A program made the translations under genes and the position numbers. Positions 46,556 to 55,731 of a stretch of 64,000 nucleotides of DNA are shown here, piece after piece (position 1 is the stretch's first letter; every line of letters begins with the position of its first letter). Source of the DNA: Candidatus Latescibacterota bacterium (GTDB lineage Bacteria; Latescibacterota; UBA2968; UBA8231); assembly GCA_965242865.1 (NCBI GenBank), contig CBDETK010000013.1, forward strand, positions 864,001 to 928,000, given 5' to 3'. The notes beneath the pieces are model-generated. The model worked only from the letters and a program-made list of their open reading frames with translations, made no database searches and was not told the DNA's origin.

Positions 46556-47274
46556 ATTCGGCATATTTAATAAAAAAGGAAATATGCGAAGTAGGGCACC
46601 GGGTCTATCAGCGCGGGTACGTAGCGGCCAACGACGGCAACATCAGCGTCCGCCTAGAGGACGACCGAGTGCTGTGTACGCCAACGGGCGTGAGCAAGGG
46701 CTATCTGAGCGCCGACATGCTGGCGACCTGCGACATGGAGGGTGAACAAGTAGCGGGGGCGCTGAAAATATCGTCGGAAATCCGCATGCACCTCGAAATC
46801 TACAAGTTGCGGCCCGATGTCCGCGCAGTCGTCCACGCGCATCCGCCGACCGCGACCGGGTTTGCCGTCGCGGGTATTCAACTGACCCAGTGCGTATTGC
46901 CCGAGGTTATCGTCAGCCTCGGGGGCATTCCACTGGCCGACTACGGCACGCCCGGCGGCCCGGACATCGTCGAGCCGATGAAGCCGCTTTTGCGGCAATA
47001 CGACGCCGTTCTAATGGCCAATCACGGGGTCGTAACCGTGGGCCACCACGTCATGGACGCCCATTTCAAGATGGAGACCGTTGAACACTTTGCCCAAATC
47101 GCCTTGGTGGCGCACCAACTCGGGGGGATGCGCACGCTGGAGGGCAAAGACGTGGAAGATCTCGCGAATCTGCGGCAGCGCTTTGGAATTGGGGATCGAC
47201 CGTCCTGCGAGCCGGCAGCAGAGAGCACACTGGTCGAGCGGATTACCGAGGAAGTCCTGCGCCAACTGCGCTAG
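46552..47274 (+). CDS. Class II aldolase/adducin family (fuculose-phosphate aldolase-like)
   Basis: ANDGNIS, SSEIRMH, VHAHP, NHG; C-terminal amphipathic helix. Confidence 0.9.
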   Translation: MNSAYLIKKEICEVGHRVYQRGYVAANDGNISVRLEDDRVLCTPTGVSKGYLSADMLATCDMEGEQVAGALKISSEIRMHLEIYKLRPDVRAVVHAHPPTATGFAVAGIQLTQCVLPEVIVSLGGIPLADYGTPGGPDIVEPMKPLLRQYDAVLMANHGVVTVGHHVMDAHFKMETVEHFAQIALVAHQLGGMRTLEGKDVEDLANLRQRFGIGDRPSCEPAAESTLVERITEEVLRQLR

Positions 47275-47286
47275 TGCTGAGGGAGT

Positions 47287-48267
47287 ATGATATTTATAGG
47301 ACTGATTGCCGCGGTCATAGCGCTAGCAACTCCCGCGAGCGGCCAAGCCATCGTCGAGGCGATCCAGCGCGGAGACTCCCTGTCGGCGCAGGGCCAGCTT
47401 AAACAGGCCCTCGCCGAATACGAAAAGGCCCGCGCACTAGGGGCCGGCGGCGCGGTGTTTCTCAATCGCTTGGCCAGCCTTTACATGCAGACCGGCGGCT
47501 ATAAGCAGGCGGTCGAATCGCTGCAAACCTCGCTCGTGCCGGTTTACTCGGCGTTGGGGGAAGCCTTTTTGGCCATGGGCCAGCTCGATTCGTCCATTTT
47601 TTACGTCGAACGAGCGAGCATTTTGGCCCCGTCCGCAACCAAAATCCACAGCACCCTCGGGTATCTCTACATGCAGGCCGGGCAGAGCGAAAGGGCGCGC
47701 CACCGCCTCGACCGGGCCTTGGCATTGGACGGCAAAAACTCGGAAGCCTATCGCCTCTATGGGTATTACTACGCGCAACAGGACTCGGTCGACCGAGCCA
47801 TTGAATCCTATCAGAAGCTGGCGGAGTTGGCGCCGGAAAACGTCGAAGCCTACAACAACATCGCGTTTCTCCTCGCCGGCGCCGAGCGCTATCCCGAAGC
47901 GCTTGACTACTACAAACGGGCTAAAGAGCGGACGCAAGACCCGTACCTAGCCGAGGCGATCGCGGCCAAGGTCGAAGAGGTGCAGGCGATCCTAGCCGGT
48001 GAGATGCGGGCGCGCTACATCTTGGTCGAAACCGAAGCGTCCGCTCGTGCAGTGCTCGAAAAAATGGCTCGAGGAGCCGATTTTTCCCAGCTAGCGCAGC
48101 AGCTTTCCATCGCCCCCAACGCCCGTCAAGGGGGGGATTTGGGGTTTTTTGGGCCGGGTGAACTCATGCCCGAAATTGAGGAAGTGGTGGTCAAACTGAA
48201 GGTGGGGGAGCTGAGCCCGGTCGTGGAAATCCAAATGGGGTACATCGTAGTACAGCGATTGAACTAA
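47287..48267 (+). CDS. Exported TPR protein with C-terminal parvulin PPIase
   Basis: Signal peptide, TPR repeats, FSQLAQQLS...GGDLGFF. Confidence 0.85.
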   Translation: MIFIGLIAAVIALATPASGQAIVEAIQRGDSLSAQGQLKQALAEYEKARALGAGGAVFLNRLASLYMQTGGYKQAVESLQTSLVPVYSALGEAFLAMGQLDSSIFYVERASILAPSATKIHSTLGYLYMQAGQSERARHRLDRALALDGKNSEAYRLYGYYYAQQDSVDRAIESYQKLAELAPENVEAYNNIAFLLAGAERYPEALDYYKRAKERTQDPYLAEAIAAKVEEVQAILAGEMRARYILVETEASARAVLEKMARGADFSQLAQQLSIAPNARQGGDLGFFGPGELMPEIEEVVVKLKVGELSPVVEIQMGYIVVQRLN

Positions 48268-48304
48268 AGCAAGGCGCGGCCCCACCCCAACAGAGCGAAT
48301 TGGC

Positions 48305-49663
48305 ATGCCCCATTCCTATACTACTTGGTTCCAGTGTCTCAAGTGCGACGACGAGCACTATCCCCTAAACGAAATAGTCTATGACTGTCAAAAGTGTGGG
48401 GGCCTGCTCGAAGTGCGCCACGATATGGAAGCCTTACAGCGGCGGTCGGGCGGCGAGTGGCGGACGCTGTTTGATCAGCGCTACATGAGTTCGGTGCATC
48501 CCTACGGGAGCTCGGTTTGGGGCAAGAAAGAGATCGTGTGCCCCCTCGTCGAAGACGAGAACGTGGTCTCCATGTACGAGGGAGGGAGCAATTTGCTCTG
48601 GGCCGAGCGGTTGGGGGCCGAGCTGGGCATGGAGGATTTGTGGATAAAGCAGTGCGGCAATAGCCACACCGGTTCGTTCAAGGACTTGGGCATGACGGTC
48701 TTGGTTTCCATGGTCAACCAGATGATTGCCGAAGGCCAGCGCATCCCCGCGGTCGCCTGTGCCTCAACCGGCGACACCTCGGCCGCGTTGGCCGCGTATT
48801 GCGCGGCGGCTGGCATCCCGGCCATCGTCTTATTGCCCAAAGACATGATCTCCACCGCCCAGCTCATCCAGCCCATAGCCAACGGCGCGTTGACGCTGGC
48901 CTTGCGCACGGATTTCGATGGGTGCATGGCTTTGGTGCAGGAAATCTGCCGCCGCGACCAAATTTATCTGGCCAACTCCATGAATTCGCTCCGCATTGAG
49001 GGGCAAAAGACCATAGCCATTGAGTTATTACAGCAGTTTCACTGGGAGGTCCCCGATTGGGTCATCATCCCCGGCGGCAATCTGGGCAATGTCAGCGCCT
49101 TGGGGAAGGGGTTTATCGAGGGCCAGCAGATGGGGCTTATCGACAAGCTGCCGCGCCTTGCCGTCGCCCAAGCCGCGCAGGCCAACCCGCTCTATCGCAG
49201 CTATCTCGACCGGTTCCGCACCTTTGAGCCGCAAACGGCCGGCGACACATTGGCCAGCGCCATAAAGATCGGCAACCCGGTAAGCCGGGAGCGGGCCATT
49301 CGCACCCTGCAGCGCTTTGACGGCATCGTCGAGGTGGCCACGGAAGACGAATTGGCCAACGCTTGTGCAAGGGCTGACCGCAATGGGCTGTTCACCTGTC
49401 CCCACACGGGCGTTGCCCTAGCCGCGCTAGACAAAATGATCGCGGCCGGGCACATCGAGCCGCACAGCCGAGTGATCGTACTATCTACGGCGCACGGGCT
49501 GAAGTTTCCAGATTTCAAAGTGAAATACCACGAAGACCAATTGCGGGAGTTCCACGTCGAGCCGAGGTATCGCAATGAGCCGGTTGAAGTTGAAGCCGAA
49601 TACGAAGCAGTGCATCGGGCTGTCCTCGAGGCCGTTGAGCAGCGGCCGCCCGCTTCCGCTTGA
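48305..49663 (+). CDS. thrC: Threonine synthase
   Basis: HTGSFKDLGM, CASTGDTSA, NSLRIEGQKT, PGGNLGN. Confidence 0.93.
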   Translation: MPHSYTTWFQCLKCDDEHYPLNEIVYDCQKCGGLLEVRHDMEALQRRSGGEWRTLFDQRYMSSVHPYGSSVWGKKEIVCPLVEDENVVSMYEGGSNLLWAERLGAELGMEDLWIKQCGNSHTGSFKDLGMTVLVSMVNQMIAEGQRIPAVACASTGDTSAALAAYCAAAGIPAIVLLPKDMISTAQLIQPIANGALTLALRTDFDGCMALVQEICRRDQIYLANSMNSLRIEGQKTIAIELLQQFHWEVPDWVIIPGGNLGNVSALGKGFIEGQQMGLIDKLPRLAVAQAAQANPLYRSYLDRFRTFEPQTAGDTLASAIKIGNPVSRERAIRTLQRFDGIVEVATEDELANACARADRNGLFTCPHTGVALAALDKMIAAGHIEPHSRVIVLSTAHGLKFPDFKVKYHEDQLREFHVEPRYRNEPVEVEAEYEAVHRAVLEAVEQRPPASA

Positions 49664-49675
49664 AAGAGCCAATCA

Positions 49676-50863
49676 ATGAACCGCACCGACGATGGTTTTG
49701 TAGGAGAGTCCACTCGTTCCGTCCACCAGGGCGTGGAACGCGATAAGTTCGCCCAGTCGCTCATCGACCCCATTGCCCAGACCGCCACCTTCACCTTTGC
49801 CGATCTAGATGAATTTGCCGCCTTTAAGGCCGGCGAAAAGGTGCTCTACGAATACGGGCGCTATGGCAATCCGACCCAGCGGGCGGCCGAGCGCAAAATA
49901 GCGGCCTTGGAAAACGCCGCGGCCGCTTTGCTCTTTTCCTCGGGCATGAGCGCGATCACCTCGGTGCTCTATGCCATGTTGCGCCATGGGCAACACTTGG
50001 TGCTCATGGAGGATTGCTATCGCATGACGGCCAAGTTCTGCGAGGTCTTGGCCAAATTCGGCGTTGAATCGACCCTAGTTAAACCCGGGGATATGGAGGC
50101 GTTGGCCGCGGCCGTGCGCCCAGAGACCCGCTTGATCTTTACGGAGTCGCCGACCAATCCCCACCTGCACGTCCTCGACTTGGACCAGCTCGTCGCCTTT
50201 GCCAAACGCCGGCGGCTCAAGGTCATCATCGACAGTACCTTGGCCACGCCCGTTAATCAGAGGCCGCTCGATTTCGGGGTCGATCTGGTCATCCACAGCG
50301 CCACCAAGTACCTCGGCGGGCACAACGATCTGATGGCGGGAGCGGTCTGCGGCCGCGCTCCTTTAGTTGAGGCCATTGGCGAATACCAGCGGATCACCGG
50401 CGGAATCATCGACCCGAATACCTCGTATTTGTTGATCCGCGGGTTAAAGACCCTGGCCTTGCGCGTTGAGCGGCAAAACGATACAGCCCTGACCGTGGCC
50501 CGGTTCCTAGCCGGGCATCCCAAAATCCGGGCGGTCTTTTACCCGGGCCTCGAAAGCCACGTCGATCATTGCGTCGCCAAAGCGCAAATGCGCGGGTTTG
50601 GCGGGTTGGTCAGCTTTGAGATTGACGGAACCCTCGAGCAGACGCGGAATTTTATCCATCGGCTGGCCGTGCCGTACATCGCGCCGAGCTTGGGCGGGGT
50701 CGAGACCTTGGTCTCGCATCCGGCCACTGTTTCCTACTACGATTTGAGCCGGAAGGAGCGGCTGGCCATTGGCATCACCGACCAGTTGGTGCGCTATGCC
50801 GTGGGCATTGAGGACGCGGCCGAGCTGGTCGGCGATCTAGAGCAGGCGCTTGAGAAGGTGTAA
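49676..50863 (+). CDS. metB: Cystathionine gamma-synthase family PLP enzyme
   Basis: YGRYGNPT, ESPTNP, HSATKYLGGHND, SLGGVETL. Confidence 0.85.
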   Translation: MNRTDDGFVGESTRSVHQGVERDKFAQSLIDPIAQTATFTFADLDEFAAFKAGEKVLYEYGRYGNPTQRAAERKIAALENAAAALLFSSGMSAITSVLYAMLRHGQHLVLMEDCYRMTAKFCEVLAKFGVESTLVKPGDMEALAAAVRPETRLIFTESPTNPHLHVLDLDQLVAFAKRRRLKVIIDSTLATPVNQRPLDFGVDLVIHSATKYLGGHNDLMAGAVCGRAPLVEAIGEYQRITGGIIDPNTSYLLIRGLKTLALRVERQNDTALTVARFLAGHPKIRAVFYPGLESHVDHCVAKAQMRGFGGLVSFEIDGTLEQTRNFIHRLAVPYIAPSLGGVETLVSHPATVSYYDLSRKERLAIGITDQLVRYAVGIEDAAELVGDLEQALEKV

Positions 50864-50867
50864 GAGG

Positions 50868-51296
50868 TCAGAAGTTCAAGTCGGCCAAGAGCGCGGTCCA
50901 AGGCAGGGACGCGACGCGGCGGTACAGGTCGCTGTCGCTGGTCACGGCTTGGCAGCGGAGCTGGGCCCCCAAGGCAATAAAGCCCGCCGCGTACATGCTA
51001 ATGGAATGCTCAAAGGCGATTTGCGCGGCTCGGCGGATAATTTCGGGGTTGTAGGGCACGATATCCAAGTGCATGTACTCCAAGCTGGCCAACGCATCGT
51101 CTATATGGGTGCGATCGAATTGGCGGCTTTCCTTGAGGACGTGGGCTAGCTCGTAGATAGATTGGTCGAGCACGGTGAGTTCAACGCGCTCGGCTAGCTG
51201 TTCTTGGCGAAGCCCCAGGGCCTTGTGGGAGTCCACATCGTGGGCTGGAGAAAACCACCTCAGCATAACCGAGGTATCGAGCGCGTAGCGAATCAC
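50868..51296 (-). CDS. vapC: PIN-domain (VapC-like) toxin
   Basis: LDTSVMLRWF, YELAHVL, VTSD. Confidence 0.82.
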   Translation of the reverse strand: MIRYALDTSVMLRWFSPAHDVDSHKALGLRQEQLAERVELTVLDQSIYELAHVLKESRQFDRTHIDDALASLEYMHLDIVPYNPEIIRRAAQIAFEHSISMYAAGFIALGAQLRCQAVTSDSDLYRRVASLPWTALLADLNF

Positions 51297-51299
51297 GAA

Positions 51300-51557
51300 T
51301 CACGGCCCTCGCCGCTCCGCGCGCAGAACTTGGAGCGGATCCCAAGGCAGGGCCTTTTGGCGCAAGCTGTCTTGGAGCGTCATCCCGTGTTCAATCGCGG
51401 CCTGTTTGCGCTGGTTCTCATATACTGCTTCCCGTTGTTGGCAGTACGCCATAAAGGCCAAACGCAGGAGCTTGCTGCGGCTTACGCCCTCCTGCTGGGC
51501 CACTTGATCGATGCGCTCGAGCAAATCGTCCGGCAGCATGATGTTTACGCGCGCCAT
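51300..51557 (-). CDS. CopG/RHH antitoxin
   Basis: MARVNIMLPDDLLERIDQVAQQEGVSRSKLLR; AAGGAAAGGGG upstream; precedes PIN gene. Confidence 0.82.
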   Translation of the reverse strand: MARVNIMLPDDLLERIDQVAQQEGVSRSKLLRLAFMAYCQQREAVYENQRKQAAIEHGMTLQDSLRQKALPWDPLQVLRAERRGP

Positions 51558-51689
51558 AACCCCTTTCCTTTTGTTTGTTGCCTGAAGCGGGCGTAAAATG
51601 GCCAAATTAGTTTTGCCGCAACCGGCTGTCAAGGCGGCCCTCTTGCCTTAGTTTGGGTCGGTCTTTAATGTTACAATTAAGAGTAAGGC

Positions 51690-52640
51690 ATGAAAAATCA
51701 CCTGAAAATATTGTCCGGTTCGAGCAATCCAGACCTAGCCCAAGAAATATGTACGTACTTGGCGATCCCGCCGGCGCGCCGCCAGATCGTCCGTGCGCCC
51801 AACGACAACATAAAGGTTAAAATCGAGGAGAATGTGCGCGAAGACGACGTCTTCGTCATCCAGACATCAGCCCCTCCGGTCAACCACCACTTCGTTGAAC
51901 TGCTGTTGCTGATTGACGCGCTCAAGTACGCGTCGTCGCGCCGAATTACGGCCGTGCTGCCCTATTATCCTTATGTGCGCTCCGACAAAAAGGACGAACC
52001 GCGCATTTCCATTAGCGCGCGCCTCGTCGCCGACTTGCTGCAAGCGGCCGGGGCCGACCGAATTTTGACCATTGCCTTGCACAGTCCGCAAATCGTGGCG
52101 TTCTCGCGCATTCCGGTTGACCAACTGTGGGCTACGAGCCTGCTGTGCAACTTTATGCAGCTAAAAGACCTCAGCAACGCGGTGGTGGTGTCGCCCGATG
52201 TGGGGAGCGCCGATGAAGCGAGTGCTTATGCGCGTCGGCTCGGCTTGCCCATGGCCATTATGGACAAACGCCGCCACGCGGACGACGAAAAGGCCACCAT
52301 CAAAACCATGATCGGCGAGGTCGAGGGGCGCGACGCCTTGCTCTTCGACGACGAAGTGCTGACGGGGGGGTCCATGATGGAGTCCATCCGGGTTCTCAAA
52401 GAAAGGGGCGTGCGCCGAATACTGGCCGGCTGTACGCACGGCGTTTTTTCTGGGCGTGCGCTAGAGCGAATTGAGGCCTCCTCGGTGGAAGCATTCGCCA
52501 CCACAAACACCATTCCCTTGCCGGCGGGCAAGCCGAGGCGCAAAATCGCCGTATTGAGCGTCGCCCGGTTGCTAGGGGATGCAATCAAGGCCATTCACCG
52601 CGGCGAATCCGTCAGCCGCTTAATTGAGTGGGAGGGTTAG
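51690..52640 (+). CDS. prs: Ribose-phosphate pyrophosphokinase
   Basis: ITAVLPYYPY, SPDVG, DKRR, DDEVLTGGS, THG. Confidence 0.9.
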   Translation: MKNHLKILSGSSNPDLAQEICTYLAIPPARRQIVRAPNDNIKVKIEENVREDDVFVIQTSAPPVNHHFVELLLLIDALKYASSRRITAVLPYYPYVRSDKKDEPRISISARLVADLLQAAGADRILTIALHSPQIVAFSRIPVDQLWATSLLCNFMQLKDLSNAVVVSPDVGSADEASAYARRLGLPMAIMDKRRHADDEKATIKTMIGEVEGRDALLFDDEVLTGGSMMESIRVLKERGVRRILAGCTHGVFSGRALERIEASSVEAFATTNTIPLPAGKPRRKIAVLSVARLLGDAIKAIHRGESVSRLIEWEG

Positions 52641-52643
52641 GTA

Positions 52644-52805
52644 ATGCCAAGTAAGCTGACTATTTTCTCTGAGTTATGGGATTTTATGAAGGTCCGCAAA
52701 AAGTGGTGGTTGGGGCCGATATTCGCCGTTTTGATCCTGCTCGGGCTGCTCATTGTCACCACCCAAGGGTCGGCGGTGGCGCCTTTCATTTACACGCTGT
52801 TTTAG
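52644..52805 (+). CDS. DUF5989/SxtK-like small membrane protein; absent from the ORF track
   Basis: MPSKLTIFSELWDFMKVRKKWWLGP...GSAVAPFIYTLF; GGAGG upstream. Confidence 0.85.
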   Translation: MPSKLTIFSELWDFMKVRKKWWLGPIFAVLILLGLLIVTTQGSAVAPFIYTLF

Positions 52806-52810
52806 TGCTC

Positions 52811-52830
52811 ATAAAGATTTTTATGTAAAT
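52811..52830. repeat. Solo 20-bp AT-rich repeat overlapping the apt start codon
   Basis: ataaagatttttatgtaaat, identical to 36397 and 58349. Confidence 0.8.
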
Positions 52831-53341
52831 GAACCTCAAAGAACTCATCCGCGAAGTCCCCAACTTCCCGCAAGCCGGCGTCTCCTACAAGGACATCACG
52901 CCGCTGCTCAAAGACCCGGTTGGTTTGGCCGCCGCAGTCCAAGCCATGCTGGTCCCCTTTGCGGACGCCAAGGTCGATCTCGTCGCCGGCATTGAGGCGC
53001 GCGGCTTTGTATTTGCCGCGCCAATCGCCCTCGAACTGGGATGTGGTTTGGTGCCGGTGCGCAAGCCGGGCAAGCTCCCGGCGGCCACCTTGCGCCGCGA
53101 ATACGCGCTCGAATACGGCGAGACGGCCTTAGAAGTCCACACCGATGCGGTCGCCCCCGGGCAAAAGATCTTGGTCGTGGACGACGTCTTGGCCACCGGC
53201 GGGACCTTGGCGGCGACCTGCCACGTGCTCAAAACGCTAGGGGCGGTGGTCGCCGGCATCAGCGTGTTGGTCGAGTTGAGCTTTTTAGCGGGCCGCGACC
53301 GCTTGCCCGGCTACCCATTGGAAACCGCTATCGTCTATTGA
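52829..53341 (+). CDS. apt: Adenine phosphoribosyltransferase
   Basis: KDITPLL, GIEARGF, RKPGKLP, YALEYG, VVDDVLATGGT. Confidence 0.96.
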   Translation: MNLKELIREVPNFPQAGVSYKDITPLLKDPVGLAAAVQAMLVPFADAKVDLVAGIEARGFVFAAPIALELGCGLVPVRKPGKLPAATLRREYALEYGETALEVHTDAVAPGQKILVVDDVLATGGTLAATCHVLKTLGAVVAGISVLVELSFLAGRDRLPGYPLETAIVY

Positions 53342-53382
53342 ACCCCAACCCCAACCCCAAACGATGGAGCCATCATACCTTC

Positions 53383-54054
53383 ATGTCGAGTGAACGCCGT
53401 AAACTGAGCAAGAGCGAACTCCGCGAAGACGAGTTTGTCGAATGGATCATGCAGGCGGTCGAGTACGTCAAGGAGCGCGCCCGCCTCTTTGGCAGCGGGG
53501 CCGTCGCCGTGGTCGCGGTCATTGTGGCCATCAATTATTTCATCGAGTCCAAGGAGGCCAGTCGGCTCCAAGCCGCGGCCCTGCTCGGAGATGTGCTGAT
53601 GGTCGAGCAGGGCGGAGAGCCGACCGAAGCCATTCGCTTGGCCGAAGAGCTGGTGTCCTCCGCCTATGCTGGGACGGCGGCCGCGGCCCAAGGGACCGTG
53701 CTGTTGGCCCATCTCCACTACGCCGAGGGGCGCTATGCCGAGGCGCGGCGGTACTACCAAAGCTACTTGGACAACTACGAGCCGGTGGATGTCTTGGTGT
53801 ACGCCGCCCAAAGCGGTCTGGCCGCCTGTCTCGAAGCCGAGGGGCAGCTTTTGGCCGCGGCCCAGCACTACGAAGGGTATGCGGCTCAACAGGCCGGGAC
53901 GATCCACGAGGCCCGGGCCCAGATGGAAGCTGCCCGCATCTATGGGTTAGCCGGCGAGCGCACCGAGCAACAGGCCCTGCTCGAAGCGGTCCGGCGCGCA
54001 TTCCCCCAGTACCCCATTGCCGCACGCGCCCGCGCTGCTCTAGCCCTGTTCTAG
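53383..54054 (+). CDS. Membrane-anchored TPR protein (YfgM-like)
   Basis: RRKLSKSELREDEF N-terminus, one TM, TPR-like helices. Confidence 0.75.
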   Translation: MSSERRKLSKSELREDEFVEWIMQAVEYVKERARLFGSGAVAVVAVIVAINYFIESKEASRLQAAALLGDVLMVEQGGEPTEAIRLAEELVSSAYAGTAAAAQGTVLLAHLHYAEGRYAEARRYYQSYLDNYEPVDVLVYAAQSGLAACLEAEGQLLAAAQHYEGYAAQQAGTIHEARAQMEAARIYGLAGERTEQQALLEAVRRAFPQYPIAARARAALALF

Positions 54055-54063
54055 GTAAAGGGC

Positions 54064-54984
54064 ATGGGGAGTACCGATCTCAAGGTGTTTGCCGGGCGGA
54101 GCAATCCCGCCTTGGCCGCAGGCATTTACCAGGCGCTGGCCATTGAGCCGGGGGGCATTGAGTTCATCGACTTTAGCAACGAAAACATCAAAGTAAAGAT
54201 CTGCGAAAACGTGCGCGGCCGCGATGTGTTCTTTATTCAAACGTCGTGTCCGCCGGTTAGCTCCTACTTGATGGAGCTGCTCATCGCCCTCGACGCCCTA
54301 AAATACGCCTCGGCCGGCCGCATCACCGCGGTCTTGCCGTACTACCCTTACGCGCTGGCCGACAGCAAGGACGAGCCGCGGATTTCCGTGGCCGGCCGCT
54401 TGGTGGCCGACCTGATCGCTGAAGCTGGGGCCGACCGCATTCTCACCATGACCTTACACAGCCCGCAGACGATGGGGTTTAGCCGGATTCTAGTGGACCA
54501 ACTGAGCGGCGTCCCCGCGATATGCGCTTACTACGCCGACCTCGGCCGCGACGGCTTGGTCGCGGCCGCGCCAGACATCAGCCGCGCCAAGGTCACCGAG
54601 ACGTATGCCCAGCGCTTGGGATTGCCCTTGGTGGTCGTGGATCAGGGGGCCGGGGAAAACAGGGTCATTGGCGACGTCGCCGACCGCGATGTCGTATTTT
54701 TCGACGATGCGATCATCACCGGCGCTTCCATCCTCGCCGGCGCCGCGGCCGTCAAGGAGCGCGGGGCGCGCAAAATCTACGCCGGCTGCGTCCACGGCAC
54801 CCTAACCGAGCCGACCATAGCCCGCTTGGAGCAATCCAGCCTCCAAGCCTTGGCCATCACCGACACGATCCCCGTGCCAGCCGCCGCCGGTCCCATAGTA
54901 CAGGTCTGCTCGGTGGCCCCTCTTTTTGCCAGTGCCATCCGCGCTATCCACGAAGAGACCTCCATTAGCGCGCTATTCAACTGA
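54064..54984 (+). CDS. prs: Second, divergent ribose-phosphate pyrophosphokinase-like protein
   Basis: Paralog of 51690-52640 with altered catalytic motifs. Confidence 0.8.
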   Translation: MGSTDLKVFAGRSNPALAAGIYQALAIEPGGIEFIDFSNENIKVKICENVRGRDVFFIQTSCPPVSSYLMELLIALDALKYASAGRITAVLPYYPYALADSKDEPRISVAGRLVADLIAEAGADRILTMTLHSPQTMGFSRILVDQLSGVPAICAYYADLGRDGLVAAAPDISRAKVTETYAQRLGLPLVVVDQGAGENRVIGDVADRDVVFFDDAIITGASILAGAAAVKERGARKIYAGCVHGTLTEPTIARLEQSSLQALAITDTIPVPAAAGPIVQVCSVAPLFASAIRAIHEETSISALFN

Positions 54985-54993
54985 GGCGGCCCC

Positions 54994-55716
54994 GTGAAGA
55001 TCGCAGTGCTCGCCGACATTCACGCCAATCTCGAAGCGCTAGAGGCCGTATTGATCGCCGCGGCCCACGCCGGGGCCGAGCGCGTTATCTGCCTAGGCGA
55101 CATCGTGGGGTACGGGCCCGACCCGTTGGGCTGTATCTATCGGCTCAAGGAGGTCGAGGCCCAGATCGTATTGGGCAACCACGACCAAGCCGCGTTGGAG
55201 CCCCAGCGCATCCAGTCCTTTAACGCACTGGCCCGTCCCTCGCTATACCAAGCCTACGAGGCGCTGGGGCCGGAAGAACGCGATTTTTTAGAACAGGGAG
55301 TCTTTCGGCGCGTAGAGCGCAATGCAGGGCTGGCCCACGCCAACCCCCTCCAGCCGGAAGCGTGGGAGCCCCTCCTCCTGTACGATCGCGTTGCTTGGTG
55401 TATGCGGCAGCTCAAGTGGCCCTTGGCTTTTGTCGGCCACACCCACGAAGCGCGCATCTACTGCAAGCTGGGCGACGAGCCCGTGCTGTTGACCTCGGCC
55501 ACGGCCGCCATCGGGGAGCACCAATACTTGGTTACGGTCGGCAGCGTCGGCCAGCCCCGCGATGGCGACTGGCGGTCGGCCTATACCCTGTGGGATGTCG
55601 ATGAACAATGGGTCGAGCTCCAGCGCGTCGAATACCCGGTCAAGCGAACCCAAGCAAAGATCAACACCCTCGGCTATCCCCACTACTTGGCCGAGCGCTT
55701 GGCCAAAGGGGAGTAG
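54994..55716 (+). CDS. Metallophosphoesterase
   Basis: DIHAN, GDIVGYG, GNHD, GHTH, GSVGQPRD. Confidence 0.92.
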   Translation: MKIAVLADIHANLEALEAVLIAAAHAGAERVICLGDIVGYGPDPLGCIYRLKEVEAQIVLGNHDQAALEPQRIQSFNALARPSLYQAYEALGPEERDFLEQGVFRRVERNAGLAHANPLQPEAWEPLLLYDRVAWCMRQLKWPLAFVGHTHEARIYCKLGDEPVLLTSATAAIGEHQYLVTVGSVGQPRDGDWRSAYTLWDVDEQWVELQRVEYPVKRTQAKINTLGYPHYLAERLAKGE

Positions 55717-55731
55717 GCTAGGCCGGTTGGC

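Noticed and set aside
53341-53360. (AACCCC)x3 telomere-like or G-quadruplex motif
   Set aside because: Only three units, too short to support a function
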